Origin: Eledone cirrhosa
Lineage: Eukaryota
Direction: 5' to 3'
NCBI GenBank assembly: GCA_964016885.1
Contig: OZ024744.1
Coordinates: forward strand, 73,718,001-73,782,000
Length of the DNA: 64,000 nucleotides
Of this stretch, positions 24,693-38,044 are shown in pieces; positions within the stretch are counted from its first letter, which is position 1; each line of letters starts with the position of its first letter. The notes under the pieces were generated by a model. That model ran no database searches and was not told the DNA's origin. It saw only the letters and a list, made by a program, of their open reading frames with translations. Both the position numbers and the translations under genes were made by a program.

Positions 24693-27600
24693 ATGGCCAT
24701 ATTAAGAGTAGGAAGTTTAAATGTTTGAAGCCTGGGTTCACCCTAGAAGCAGGGTCGCCTGCTCAACGACCTCAGGTCGCTGGAAATGGATGTGATTGCC
24801 GTCAGCGAGACCAAAATTTCCGACACGCGCGCACTAGCCCCCATTTTCGACGTCTATCAGTTCTTCGCATCTGTTAGCAGGCCGGGAATGGGAGGTGGGG
24901 TGGCAGTGCCGTTTAGGAAATGAGTAGATCTCGAGGTAAGGTCGATCTTCCGGGACCCGGACGGTAAGTTGGTGGTCTTGGATGTGAGCAGTAGCGAAGG
25001 TGGTGTCTTTAGACTGCTAGACCTCTACGCCCCTACAGGGGCCGGACGTCCGGACTTCTTTAGGCGCCTGGAGACCTTTCTGGGTACGTCTTGCCCTTTA
25101 CTGTTGGCGGGGGACTGGAATAGCATCTTAGAAGCAAGCTGGGATTGTGTGGGAGTAGCCGATAGGAGCGGGGGTGCAAAAGCCTCAAGCACCTACTCAG
25201 CCAGTTCCAACTGTCTGACAGGTATCGACTAGATTTCCCCAATGTGCCAGTATGGACATGGACCAACCGAATGGGGTCATCTAGATCGTATATAGACAGG
25301 ATCTTCATTAGGAAAATAGATAGAAATAGTGTAGGCTGCCCAATTTTAAAACGGTCGCCTATTCAGATCACAAATTTGTGATCTGTACGATCGACCTAGA
25401 TAAAACGCGTAGGTTAGGACCGGGTTACTGGAAGCTGAACATGTCATTTCCTGCACGTAAGGCTTACAGGGACCGAGTCAACAATTTAGTCAAGCAAATG
25501 TTGACAGGGGGGGATCATCAGCAACAGATGGTGGTGGTGGGGTGGGGTGGGGGGGGCTCTCAAAAGAGAGATTAGAGTAACTTCGATAGAGTTCAGCAAA
25601 GAACTGACGTTAAAGAAAATTAGAAAGGAGGGGGAGCTGGTAGATAAGTTAGACGAGGCTATTTGTAGTGGCATTGCAACTAACGTGCTAGCGGCGAGAA
25701 TGGCATTGGACCATTTCTTCAATGCGAAACACGAATGTTGCATTGTTAGAGCTAAGGCGCGTGCGCTGAGAAACGAGGGAACCAAAGCTGTTCGATGGGC
25801 CCGCGTGGCGGAGGCGCAGCGTGGTAATAAAACCACAATTCGGTCTTTCGCGGACCGAGACGGACACGAGATAAGCGATTCCAAGCGGATGTGTGAGGCC
25901 TTTCGCCAGCACTTTGCTCTGTTGTTCGGGGAGACTGACGAGTCAGAGAGAATAGCGGATTTCAGTCCCTACGTTGACGGCTTGCCGCGCATCTCGACGG
26001 TCGACGCTGAGCGCTGCGAAAGGCCGATTACTTCAGCCGAAATTCAGGACGCCCTTGTCGGCTGCATGAGGCGCAAGTCACCCGGTTTGTATGGCCTGCC
26101 CTACGAGCTTTACTTAAATGTGTCAGACTTGTTCTCCGATCTCCTCGAAGCACTCTACACCAACTGGCAGCAGAATGGGAGTATTCCCAGTTCTGTGAGC
26201 AGGGGAGTGGTGACGCTGATAAGGAAAGACGAAAACAAGAGGGATACATTAGACAACTTCAGGCCCATAACTCTGTTCAACACAGAGTTTAAGATTTTGG
26301 CCAAGGTGTTAGCAAAGAGACTGGCGCTTGTCGTCGAGGATTTGGTTGGGGAGGCGCAAACTTGTGCAATCCCAGCCAAGTCCATACACGACAATCTCCA
26401 CCTCATGCGATACGGCATAGAGAGGGTATGGTGTAAACCTGGCTTCGGTGGGGCACTGATCAATTTAGATCAATCAAAAGCATTCGATAGGGTCGACCAT
26501 CGGTATCTGGAGTTTGTCCTCAAAGCAGCTGGCTTCGGCTCTGTCTTCAGAAGCTGGATCGCTGCAATGAACAGCGGCACACGCTCGGTGGTCAAGTTTA
26601 ATGGCCACCTCTCCCCATCGGTCCGTCAAGGGTGCCCTCTCTCTTTCCTTCTGTACGTATTGACTCTTGAGCCTTTACTGCGGAAGCTGGAGCTGTTGCA
26701 GGGTATCCGGCTCGAACCGGGACGTGGAAAGGCGGTGTCAGCTTATGCGGACGACATCACCGTGATGGTGTCGAACACCTCAGAAATCGAGGTGGTCGGC
26801 ACCTTATTGAAGGAATATGAAAGGTTGACAGGAGCCAGACTTAACCCTGAAAAGTCGGTGGGCTTGCAGCTCGGAACCTGGAGAGGCAAGCCCATGCCGT
26901 CCAACATGTCGTGGGGAGCTGGACGGACGGACCGGTAAAGTTGCTCGGGGTTTGGTTCGGACCAGACATCCAGATGGAAAAGAATTGGGACGAGGTAACG
27001 AGCAGAGTAGCCAGTCTCATCCAGAAATGGGCTGGGAGGAAGCTATCACTGAAAGATCGCGCGGAGGTGGCGAATGCGTACATCGCGTCTGTCATCTACT
27101 ACCGCCTGCCCGTCGTGCCTCGCCCCCGTTTGCGCCTCGTCACGTTGGAACGGCGCCTCTTCAAATTCTTGTGGTGGGGACAAGTTCCGTTGGTGAGGCG
27201 GTCCATCTGCTTTCAGCACCCTCTACGCGGAGGGCTGGGCATGCCGTAGCTAAAGATGCGCAGACATGCGTTGAGGCTGCGACATCTCCAGATATTCTGC
27301 CTAAACGGTGAACAGGTGTGGTCGCCGTTTATCAGACGCGCCTTTCCGCAACTCCTTTCTTTGACTGAACTGCAGTCCTGGGTCAAGAAGAGACTGGCAC
27401 CTGGAATGTTACCAGGCACTCACTGCCCTCTACCAAGCGGGCAATGATATCAGTGGAACTTCCACTCTCAAGTTCTATAGAGGAATGGTGCTGAGCAAGT
27501 GCGATGACGCACTCGGAGAAACTTTGGGCCTCGACGAAGTCGAACTGACCAGTCTGTACCGGAGGACTTTCGAGCCGGAGACGATGTACAATTTCCAGAA

Positions 27601-28099
27601 ATCCCTCGCTTGGCAGTGCTACCGGGGGGCACTGCCGGTTCGGGATACACTCTACAGTCACGGAAGTGCTGTCAGACGGACCTTCCCAAGATGCGCACAG
27701 AACGACGAAACCGTTCTGCACGCACTTGTCCAATGTCTGTGCATTACTGACTTGTGGAGTTATGTCGAACAGCTACTGTCGCGTGTGGAACGAATCCGGC
27801 TATCAGCCGAGTCCACAGTGAAGATCGACCCGCCGCTTTCCTTAGGTTAGGAAGAGCAGGCAATTTTCCTCTGTCTGGTGGCAGTTGTGAAAGAGGTTAT
27901 ATGGTGGACCAGATTAAAAGGACTGAAGACAGACACTTTTCTCTTCAGCCAATCCCTCATCAACTTCTTCAAGTTTCACCTGGAAAGGAAGGTGAGGGTG
28001 GAGAGAGAAGTGCTGCCCCCCAGTACATTTGCTAAAATGTGGATGATTGTGGCGAGAATGGCTCGTGTGAATGGGCCTACTCTGACCATGCGCCTATAG
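24693..28099 (+). pseudogene. Tx1 ORF2 (APE endonuclease, RT, zinc finger), disrupted
   Basis: MAILRVGSLNV, LYAP, GDWN, SDH, GYWKLN, NFRPITL, LDQSKAFDRVDH, VRQGCPLS, AYADD. Confidence 0.92.
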
Positions 28100-28398
28100 G
28101 CTAGCTAACTTGAGGAGAGGGGTGCTCTCCCTGGGTGCCCTAGAAGCGCAGGGTGGTTCAGGATTGGTGGGATACCCGAGTCACCACAGGGTCGTCCACC
28201 CCCTATTGGTGAATTTATTTTGTTATATTTATGCATAGTTTATTTTATATTTTTATATCTTCTATGTTAAATTAGTCTTGCCATTGTGCACTTTTACTCG
28301 ACCTTATTGTAAACCCCCACTCTCCCTGTCTTTGTATTGTCCTCTACATGTCGGCCCTTGTGGCTAATAAATGAAATCATTATTATTATTATTATTAT

Positions 28399-28456
<58 letters not shown>

Positions 28457-29435
28457 TGTAGTATTAGTAGTATTTCTGGCACATCTCTGAAAAACTAGGT
28501 CTTTGGATTCACATATTACAGCGTTCTTGGAAACTATTTGATATTTCCAGTAGATTTGGAATTGGAATTCAAAATATTCAATAATTTTCCAACAGTAAAA
28601 AGAAACGTTGTTAATCTAAAATCAATAAAGCATGAGGTATCATTGAAAAATAAGGAAATAAATGCTAGTGTTAGAATCAATTTCCTTTTTTTTTTGTTAT
28701 TTTTTTGTTATGGCGTAATCAAGAAGCTGAAATGTGTTTGTGACCTTCACTTGACCTCCATGACTGGTCAGATCGATATGGGTGATGTTTCGATTTAAAA
28801 TCTGTAAGTCGACGTCTGCCTGTATGTAATAAATTCGCAAGGAGAAATATTCCAATGGATTGATTGAAGCTTTATCGAAGAGATATCGGGCGGTGGATCG
28901 CGCGGGGGTGGCGTGGGGGTGATTAATGGAGACTCTGGAAGGAGGTGAGACACATTATGGTTGATGTGAAGAGGAATGACACATGTATCGATGAATAAGG
29001 AACAGGTAATGCTATAGTAGCAATACAATAAGCATAGTGAGCGATTCAGCACATCTCTGAACCAGACGTTGGAGTGTATTGGCGAGAAAGGAGTGTTCGT
29101 CGCTAATCACCCGTCTAGCTTTATTTAACCACTCAAATGTTGATACATCATTTCTCCTTTATAGAATTTGTTGATCAGAGCTGAAATATTTTCTGGCCCT
29201 GAAATGGGAGCAGCCTCCTCTTTGTGGTTAATGTTTTGTTTTACTTTGTTATTTATCCAGGATCACAAAGAAAGTCTATCAGAAATTAAGAGGTTTGGAA
29301 ATTTTATAGACTTTGAGATTTTTAGATACTTTTTTGCTGAATATTAGAAAATGGGGTGAAGGCACAGAACTGTTCGCCTTTTATGGGCATACATTGCTAA
29401 AATAGTGAATATTATTGTAATTGCTAGATTAAAGG

Positions 29436-29823
29436 GCGATGGATTGGCAGTATCGATAGAGGGTCGGACGCCATGCTTTGACGCATAGAGTTACGGCCCT
29501 TGCCATTCTGAGTTCAAATCCCGCCGAGGTTAACTTTGCCTTTCATCCTTACGGGGTCGATAAAATAAAGTACCAGTAATACACTGGGTAATTGCTGGCC
29601 TTGTGCCAAAAGTAGAAACAATTATTATAATTGCTAGAGTAGTGGATTGGCAGTATCAGTAGAGCGTCAGACACCATGCTTTGCAGCATAGAGAGTTATG
29701 GCCTTTTATGGTCTGAGTTCAAATCCCACCGAGGTTAACTTTGCCTCTCATCCTTACGGGGTCAATAAAATAAAGCACTAGTAATGAACTGTGCCCTTGT
29801 GCCAAAGGAAAGAAACAATTATT
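29436..29823 (+). mobile_element. Two tandem SINE S1 copies
   Basis: Units start at about 29436 and 29640; ATTATT(G/A)TAATTGCTAGA duplicated at 29411 and 29621. Confidence 0.88.
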
Positions 29824-29903
29824 TTAATTCCAAGGAGGAGGTCATTAGGTATTCAATCTAGACTGTGCAAATTTAGTGAGGAGTGCCTAGTTATTATATA
29901 GAT

Positions 29904-30067
29904 CAATCATGCGCAAACTGTGGCCCGCGAGACGCATGCAGCCCGTTTGTCTTTCTGAATGGCACGCCTAATTTCAAAATTACCTTGAATTTTTTAGTAG
30001 TGCAGCCCGCCTTATGATGCACCACATTCTATGCGACCCATCGCTCGAAAACGGCCGCCCATTCATG
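29904..30067. mobile_element. Degenerate hAT (Charlie-like) MITE
   Basis: CAAACTGTGGCCCGCGAGACGCATGCAGCCC...GCGACCC...GCCCATTCATG resembles the GCGGCCC subterminal motifs of hAT MITEs; no clean TSD. Confidence 0.5.
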
Positions 30068-30219
30068 AGATACATGATGCGAGTGTGCAGAAGTTTAAGG
30101 GTGAATGAAGAGGAATAGGTATTCTGTGCGTAGATGTGAGTGTTGTTATAGGTGACTCAGGCGTGTGATTAATGTACAGGAGGAAATGTGTTAAATACAC
30201 TACTAAACATTCATTCATA

Positions 30220-30892
30220 CCACTATAAGTTTGAGAAAAGACAGTCAGCATATGCTGCGATAGTTTAAAATAAAATAAAAATACATGCTAATCCATAAGT
30301 TGAGAGAGAGGGCGGAAATTCATGGGCTGGTTATTATGCTAGAAGACACTATTTGAAAGGTGCTGTTAATGTCGAGTGCAATGACATTTCTTGACTGGCC
30401 ATCCCCAGAGAAAGGGACCACCGTTACCTTCTAAAAGATAAAAAATCTTGGCAAACATTGCACCGTAAAAGATGTAAAAATGGTCGTTGATGAAGGGGCG
30501 AGAAAATTACGATGTTGGAAAAGGTGATTGTTAACAGCTGTTAGCACTATTTCTAAGATTCTTGAAGTGGGCCCGATAGATTAATGGAATAAGAGAGGCT
30601 GTTTCTCTTTTAGACGGGACACAGGGTTGCATATTTTCCTAAGATCAGCACAAATTCCTTACTAGAAAATTTTGAAAAAAAAAAGACTAGAATATGGTTA
30701 GCTCTGGAGTGGACCATTTCAAAGTAATATAAAAAAAATTATCAGAGCCCCTGGGGTAATGGATTTGAAGCGACTGGGGATATTTATGCTCAAAGTAAAT
30801 ATGTATGCGTGTTATTCATGTTGTTTAGCACCAAGTGTGTCCTGAAATGCATTCCAGCAATAACTTTCTCTTTTTTTTTCAGACACCGTGTA
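30220..30892 (+). mobile_element. Possible highly decayed mariner remnant
   Basis: End TTTTCAGACACCGTGTA resembles mariner termini; internal similarity is weak. Confidence 0.3.
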
Positions 30893-31129
30893 TCTAAGTC
30901 TAGTATCATTGTCTAGTGCACCCATCCTTTATAAAAGTGATTTGAAAAAGATTTAGCTGGTATTTCTTGAATTGAGTAGATACATTATGTAATATTCATT
31001 CACTATTTATTCAAAGTAATCCAACTTATTTTACAAACGGGATAAAAATAAATCAACCGTACGAAATCCCGCAGACCCTCCTTTATTATAGTTTAGATGT
31101 GGAGGCACGTGTTCTAGTGGTACGTGTGT

Positions 31130-34100
31130 TGGACTTCACACTCGTCCCAAGCTATTGTGGCCAGAGACTCCTAAAGATCAGGGTGACCCACGTTCCACCG
31201 GCCATCGAAATTCCCTGGCTAATGGCTGCCGTCCTCGCCGGCATCGAGGCCAATATCAAAATAATGGAAATAGCAAAAGAAAAGCAGAACTGGTCCGGAT
31301 CTGGGATGGAGCTCCTGATCCAAGCGGAGCAAAAAAGCAATGAGGAGATTCCAGAGGTAATAGACCTCACTGACGGCAGCCACCTCACCGTAATCGTCGA
31401 GGGAAGAAGGCCTATGTGTGTCGTTTGTGGTGAAGGAACCCACCTAAGGGCTTTCTGCCCTCGGGCTAAAAGGTTGAGGCCACCTCTCTTACCCACCACA
31501 GTAACTCAAACCATCATCACCAACAGCAGCAGAAATGACAGCAACAACTGTAGCAGCAGCAACAGAAGCAACTGTAACAGACAAAACCTCAGCAACAGTA
31601 GCAAAACCACCATCACCACCACCCAACGCGCCAGAACTAGCATCAGCGCCTACACCATCCACCACGCCACAACCAAAACCAACGCCTGTGGAGGATTATC
31701 CACTCCCCGACCTATCGCAACTGGAGACAGATTGTGACGACGAGGAGTGGCAAACGGCATCAGGAAAAAAGAAAAAAAGAAAAAGAAGCCAAAAAAGAAA
31801 AAAATCCACATCCTTCTCCCTCCAAAAACAAAATACAGAGGGATACAAATAAACTATCAAACAAAAAAGTTAGGACAGATATGCCACCATCCACACCAGC
31901 ATCACCAACCCCATCACCACACACATCAACACCATCAGTATCATTAACTCCAACACCACCATCACAAACATCACAAAAGTCACCAAAATGCGAAACAGAA
32001 ACAAACCCACAACAAACGCAAACAAAACAAAACAACCAAAACGATACACACTACACAACATTAAATTTGAACAACAACCAATTATTACACTACATCTAAC
32101 ACAATACCAGCATCAGAGAAAAACAGTACACAACACCCCAAAAGTTCACACCACCTCCACACAAACAAATCACTCGCATCACACAGAATACGTACATGAC
32201 ACTAAAAAAAAAAATCCCCAAAGACATCGGAGACTTCCGACAAGCACTCTCCAGGAGGATTTATAAGGGCATCTTTCAGGAGGAGGCCAGAAGCAGTGAA
32301 AAGGATGGAGAAACCATCCTTCTTCTACGAGAAGTAAGGTAAGTGGTCTTTCCTATCTTTTCCACTCCATTTCAACATTACCTCACTCAGCATAGGCAGC
32401 ATAAATGCGCGTGGATTGGGGTCGTCATGGAAGCAGGACCACTTGCTTAATGAGCTCTGGTCACTAAACATAGATGTAGTGGCCATCAGCGAGACCAGAA
32501 TCTCCGAAGCACGGGTCTTCGCACCGATCTTCGGCGGCTACGATGTGTACGTATCTCCCAGCCGTCCAGGATATGGGAGAGGAGTTGCTGTGCTTTTTCG
32601 GAGAGGTTTGTATCTCGCAATACGGACCACAGGAGCAGGGCGGCCTGATTTATTCCGGCGTCTGGAGACCTTTCTTGGAACGTCCCGCTTTTTAGTGTTA
32701 GTGGGCGACTGGAACGGGATCTTAGATGCAGGCTGGGACTGTGTGGAATTAGCGGATAGGGGAGGAGAGTGCAAGAGCCACACCAACCTTCTCAGGATTT
32801 TTGAACAGTCTGAGAGGTACCAATTGGATTTCCCGAATATGCCATATCTAGATAGAGTATTTTGTAGGGAAATAGATAGGTCTAGCCTAGGCTGTCCGCA
32901 ATTCAAGATAGTCAGCTACACGGACCACAAATTCGTGATCTGTGTGCTTGACTTAGATAGGCTTCATAGACGAGGACCCGGCTACTGGAAGCTAAACGCG
33001 TCCTTACCAGCGCGCAAGGCCTACAGAGACCGGATTAGCGAACTAGTTAAGCGGGCGTTGACGCGGGCCATCGTCAACAACTAGTGGTGGTTTGCTCTGA
33101 AAAGAGCAATTAGAATAGAGTCCGTTAGGTTTAGTAAGGCTTTAGCAATAGAGAAAAATAGAGCAGAGGGAGAACTAGTTAGAAAATTAGACGAGGCGCT
33201 TAGCAAAGGCATTGCGACCGATGTGCTTGCGGCGAAATTGGCCCTTGACCAATTCTTCAATGCAAAGCACGAAGGCTGCGTTGTCAGAGCTAGGGTGCGT
33301 ACTCTCAGTCACGAGGGGACGAAAGCCGTTCAATGGGCCCGAGTAGCGGAGGCGCGTGGTGGCAACAAAGCCACGATCCGGTCTTTGGTGGACCACGACG
33401 GGCGCATGCTACTCGATCCCGTGCAAATGTGTGAAGCTTTTCAGCGACACTTCGCTCAACTGTTCCGGGGCAGTGGCGGACCGGATCGAGGGATGGAATT
33501 TAGTGTCTACCTCGACGGACTGCCGCGGCTCTCGGCTACTGAGGCGGAGTGTTGCGAAAAGCCAATAACAGCCGCTGAAGTACGGGAGGCAATGACTGGC
33601 TGCACAAGGGGTAAATTGCCTGGTTTGGATGGTCTGCCCTATGAACTTTACGTACAAATGCCAGACTTGTTCGGAGGCCTCTTGGCGGACGTCTACTGCA
33701 ACTAGCAACAGAACGGGAGAATTCCCAGCTCTGTGAGCCGAGGAACGGTGGAGCTGCTGAGAAAGGATCCGAACAAGGGGGATAACAGATAATTTCCGGC
33801 CCATAACTCTGCTAAACACAGAGTTCAATATTTTGGCCAAGGTGCTAGCAAAGAGGTTGGCGCTTGTCGTTGGTGGTCTGGTGGGAGAGGCGCAGACATG
33901 CGCCATTCCCGACAGATCCATCCACGACAGCCTGCACCTCATGCAATACATCGTAGAGAGGGTAGCTAGGGAATTGGCACGCGTGGGTCTTTGATCAATT
34001 TAGATCAGTCGAAAGCCTTCGACCATCGTTACCTAGCATCGACCATCGTTACTTAGCAGCAGTCCTGAGGGCGGCTGGCTTTGGGCCCATCTTCAGAGGC

Positions 34101-36371
34101 TGGATCGCTGCCATGCACAGCGACATCTGCTCTGTAGTGAACAGTCACCTTTCGGAACCGTTCAACATCATGCGCTCGGTCCGCCAAGGATGTCCCCTCT
34201 CGTCCCTATTGTACGTATTGACTCTCGAGCCATTACTGCACAAACTGGAGACGTTGAGGGGGGTCCCGCGCGAACTAGGATGCGGAAGATCCGTGTCAGC
34301 ATATGCGGAAGATCCGTGTTAGCATATGCGGACGATGTCACCGTAGTGGTGTCAAACGACAAACACATCGAGGCGATCGGCACTACACTAAGAGAATACG
34401 AAGCGGTGACAGGAGCAATGATCTAGATCAGTCGAAAGCTTTCGATAGGGTCGACCATCGTTACCTAGCGGCAGTCCTGAAGGCGGCTGGCTTTGGGCCC
34501 GTCTTCAGAGGCTGGATCGCTGCCATGCACAGCGACATCTGCTCTGTGGTGAGAGTGAACGGTCACCTGTCGGAACCGTTCAACATCATGCGCTCGGTCC
34601 GCCAAGGATGTCGCCTCTCGTACCTCTTGTACGTATTGACTCTCGAGCCATTACTGCACAAACTGGAGACGTTGAGGGGCGTCCCGCGCGAACTAGGATG
34701 CGGAAGATCCGTGTCAGCATATGCGGACGATGTCACCGTAGTGGTGTCGAACGCCAAACACATCGAGGCGATCGGCACTACACTAAGAGAATACGAAGCG
34801 GTGACAGGAGCAATGATCAACCAGGAAAAGTCAGTGGACCTGCAGCTCGGCACCTGGAGAGGCAGGTCCATGCCGTCCAACAGCGTCGTCGGACGCTGGA
34901 CGGACGGACCGGTTAAATTGCTAGGGGTTTGGTTCGGTCCGGACCTCCAGACGGACAAAAACTGAGACGAGGTGACGAGCAGGGTGGCTTCTCTCACCCA
35001 GAAATGGGCGGAGAGGAAGCTGTCCCTGAAATGTCGAGCGGAGGTGGCTAACGCGTACATCGCGTCTGTCATCTGCTACCGCCTGACCGTCGTACCTTGT
35101 CCTAAGCCTCACCTCACCGCGCTGGAGCGTTTGCTCTTTCGCTTTTTGTGGAAGGGTCGCGCTCCGATGGTTAGGCGGTCCATCTGTTGTCAACACCCGC
35201 TACGTGGAGGGCTGGGCATGCCGTTGCTGATGATGCGCAGGCACGCTCTCAGGCTACGACATCTCCACCTCTTCCTCGACGGTGATCAGGTGTGGTCGCC
35301 GTTTGCTAGACACGTATTTCCCCAGCTCGTTTCCTTGACGGAGCTGCAGTCCTGGGTCAAGCGAAGACCGAGAGGGAGCGCCTGGAGACTGGAATGTCTT
35401 CAGGCGCTCACAGCCCTCGACCAATCGGGCAATGTGATCGGTGGAAGCTCCACCTCGGCGTTCTATAGAGGATTAGTGGAGGGGAAGAGCGACGACGTAC
35501 TTGGGGAAACTCTAGGCGTCGACGAAAATCAACTAGCCAATCTCTTCAGAAGAACTTTCGGGCCAGGGCCTATGGACAACTTCCAGAAATCTATGGCCTG
35601 GCAGTGCTACCGAGGAGCCTTGCCAGTTGGGGATAAACTCTACAGGCATGGAGGTGCCTTGAGCCGGGCATGTCCGAGATGCGCGCAGGGCGACGAAACC
35701 GTCCTGCACGCACTCGTCCAGTGTCCGAAAATTGCTGACTTGTGGGTTTATGTCGAACACCTGCTGTCGCGTTTAGGACGGATCCGGCTATCATCTGAGT
35801 CCATCGTGAGGATTGCCCCGCCCTCCTCCTTTAGCCGGGAAGGGCAGGCAGTTTTTATCTGTCTGGTGGCCATGGCGAAAGAGATAGTATGGTGGACACG
35901 TTTGAAAGGGCTGAAGACGAGCACTTACCTCTTCGGTGATGCTCTGATTGACTTTTTCAAATTTCATTTGAAAAGGAAAATCAGAGTAGAGAGGGAAGTG
36001 CTCCATTCCCAGCATTTTGTTGAAAGATGGCTGAGAGAAGCAAGAATGGTCCGAGTGAATGGGCCTACTCTGAGTATATATCTGTAAATTAAAGGTGGAA
36101 AACTGGGAGAGGGCACTTGCCTTGGTGGTCAGGGTCATTGTGGCTTTTTACTGGGCTTTCTCCACAAATGTCCCTCCGAAGTCTCCCCCCTATTGGGGAA
36201 TTTTTCATTGTTATTTTTTGTTACACCCTCTGTTTTTTTGTTTTTTTACACGCAGAAATGCCCATTTGTACCGTCCTGTATTGTCCTGTACTGTCCTTAA
36301 TGTCTACTTTATGTAAACCCTTGTGGTTAATAAAGAAATCATTATTATCATCATCATCATTATTATTATTA
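31130..36371 (+). mobile_element. Tx1-clade copy (T7), 5'-truncated within ORF1, with internal tandem duplication
   Basis: EGRRPMCVVCGEGTHLRAFCP; ORF2 motifs to stop at 36087; 34001-34423 duplicated at 34424-34818; ATT/ATC tail. Confidence 0.92.
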
Positions 36372-36711
36372 TCTAATTTTGATTCTACTTATTTCATTCA
36401 TCCGTCGCTAATTTTCCTTTCTCTTAAAATCAAATTACTTAGTTTTTTTTCCTTTCTTTTGTTCTTTTCATGTCTGTAAACATCTTTTAAGGTCTTTTCA
36501 TATCATTGATATTAATTTTGACATTTCAGGTGCTTTCCAAAGCAGCTTTTCTATACAATAGGCGTGAAGCTATACGTTGCAAATATAACTTTGATATTTC
36601 TGTCATGCAATGACGAACCCATCGTTATTGTTGAACTTTATACATTATCTAGACTAGAGCAATAGGTGAAGAATACGTTGTCCATTTCAGCAGAGGAGGA
36701 TGTGGAAGTGG

Positions 36712-36739
36712 AGAAGAAGAAGAAGAAGAATAAGAAGAA

Positions 36740-36770
<31 letters not shown>

Positions 36771-36860
36771 AAGAAGAAGAAGAAGAAGAAGAAGAAGAAG
36801 AAGATGAGGATGATGATGATGATGATGATGAAGTAGAAGAAGGTGAAGAAGATGATGATC
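36712..36860. repeat. (GAA)n/(GAT)n microsatellite
   Basis: Visible directly. Confidence 0.95.
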
Positions 36861-37305
36861 TTGAAGAAGGCAAAAGAAGATAAACAAAAAAGAAAGCCTG
36901 ACCCATTTATAGTTGTTTTTCTTTCTTTGCAGCTTGTCCAAAGGAAATGTTGGCCCTATCCATCGCTGGTGGCATTTTCGTTAAATAGCTGTAACTCTTT
37001 AATTCACATACAAGAAAGATAGGATTAGAAGATAAAATAACCCCCACGCCCCACCCCCCACCCCACCCCCAACAAAAAACAAAACAAAATGAAAGCAAGA
37101 AACAAAGAAACCAACTAGAGATATATATATATATGTGTTTGTGTCTATATTATATCTGTATTTTTGACCGTTGGTCAGTCAATGGTAAACATTGAGGACC
37201 GAATAAATTAACTGATATAAAAGAAACAGAAGCGAAAACCAACCAAACAGTGAATGTGTTCTGTTATTAATTCTGGCAATATTATTACATCATTATGACC
37301 CTCCC

Positions 37306-37448
<143 letters not shown>

Positions 37449-37554
37449 GTATCAGTAACGGTCATTCCTCTGCCTGGCACTTGAACTAAAACCTGTCGAG
37501 AAAGTGACTTCCTTGTTCAATCATCTTACCAGAAGCCTAACATTATTTGTCTAA

Positions 37555-37743
37555 GCGGTGGATTGACAGTATCGGTAGAGGGTCGGACGCCATGCTTTCC
37601 AGCATAGTTACGTCCCTTTACGATCTGAGTTCAAATCCCGCCGAGGTTGACTTTTCCTTTCATCCTTACGGGGTCGATAAAATAAAGTACCAGTAATGCA
37701 CTGGGTAATTGCTGGCCTTGTGCCTAAAGTAGAAACAATTATT
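37555..37743 (+). mobile_element. SINE S1 with TSD
   Basis: ATTATTTGTCTAAG at 37542-37555 and 37738-37751. Confidence 0.92.
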
Positions 37744-38044
37744 TGTCTAAGCTGACAGTAATTGATTTAGGAATTGCAGAAACCCAAATGCTGGATTTTA
37801 CCAGCCATCGAGGGGTCCGGGTAAATTTCCAATCACATATTTTTTTATTTGTTTGACCCGAATTACTTGGTCGTTTCTATGGCTTTGCGGATGACGGTTT
37901 AACCATCGTCTCAGTGTGTTTGGCCTTTTATGTATGTTGTAGCTCTGGTTCGTCTGAATTATTGAGCGCTTGCCACACATCTCGGAAGTTGTCTTTCGCT
38001 AATTCCAAAGCCAAAATACGATTCTCGCTAATTTATATTTAATT

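Larger units (their letters stand above)
22557..28400 (+). mobile_element. Tx1-clade retrotransposon, full length but disrupted (T6)
   Basis: Starts right after (TTA)n; ORF1, ORF2, 3' UTR and (ATT)n/(AGT)n tail present. Confidence 0.92.

Noticed and set aside
25547-26938. Host reverse transcriptase gene
   Set aside because: Fragment of a disrupted Tx1 ORF2 with flanking frameshifts and stops.
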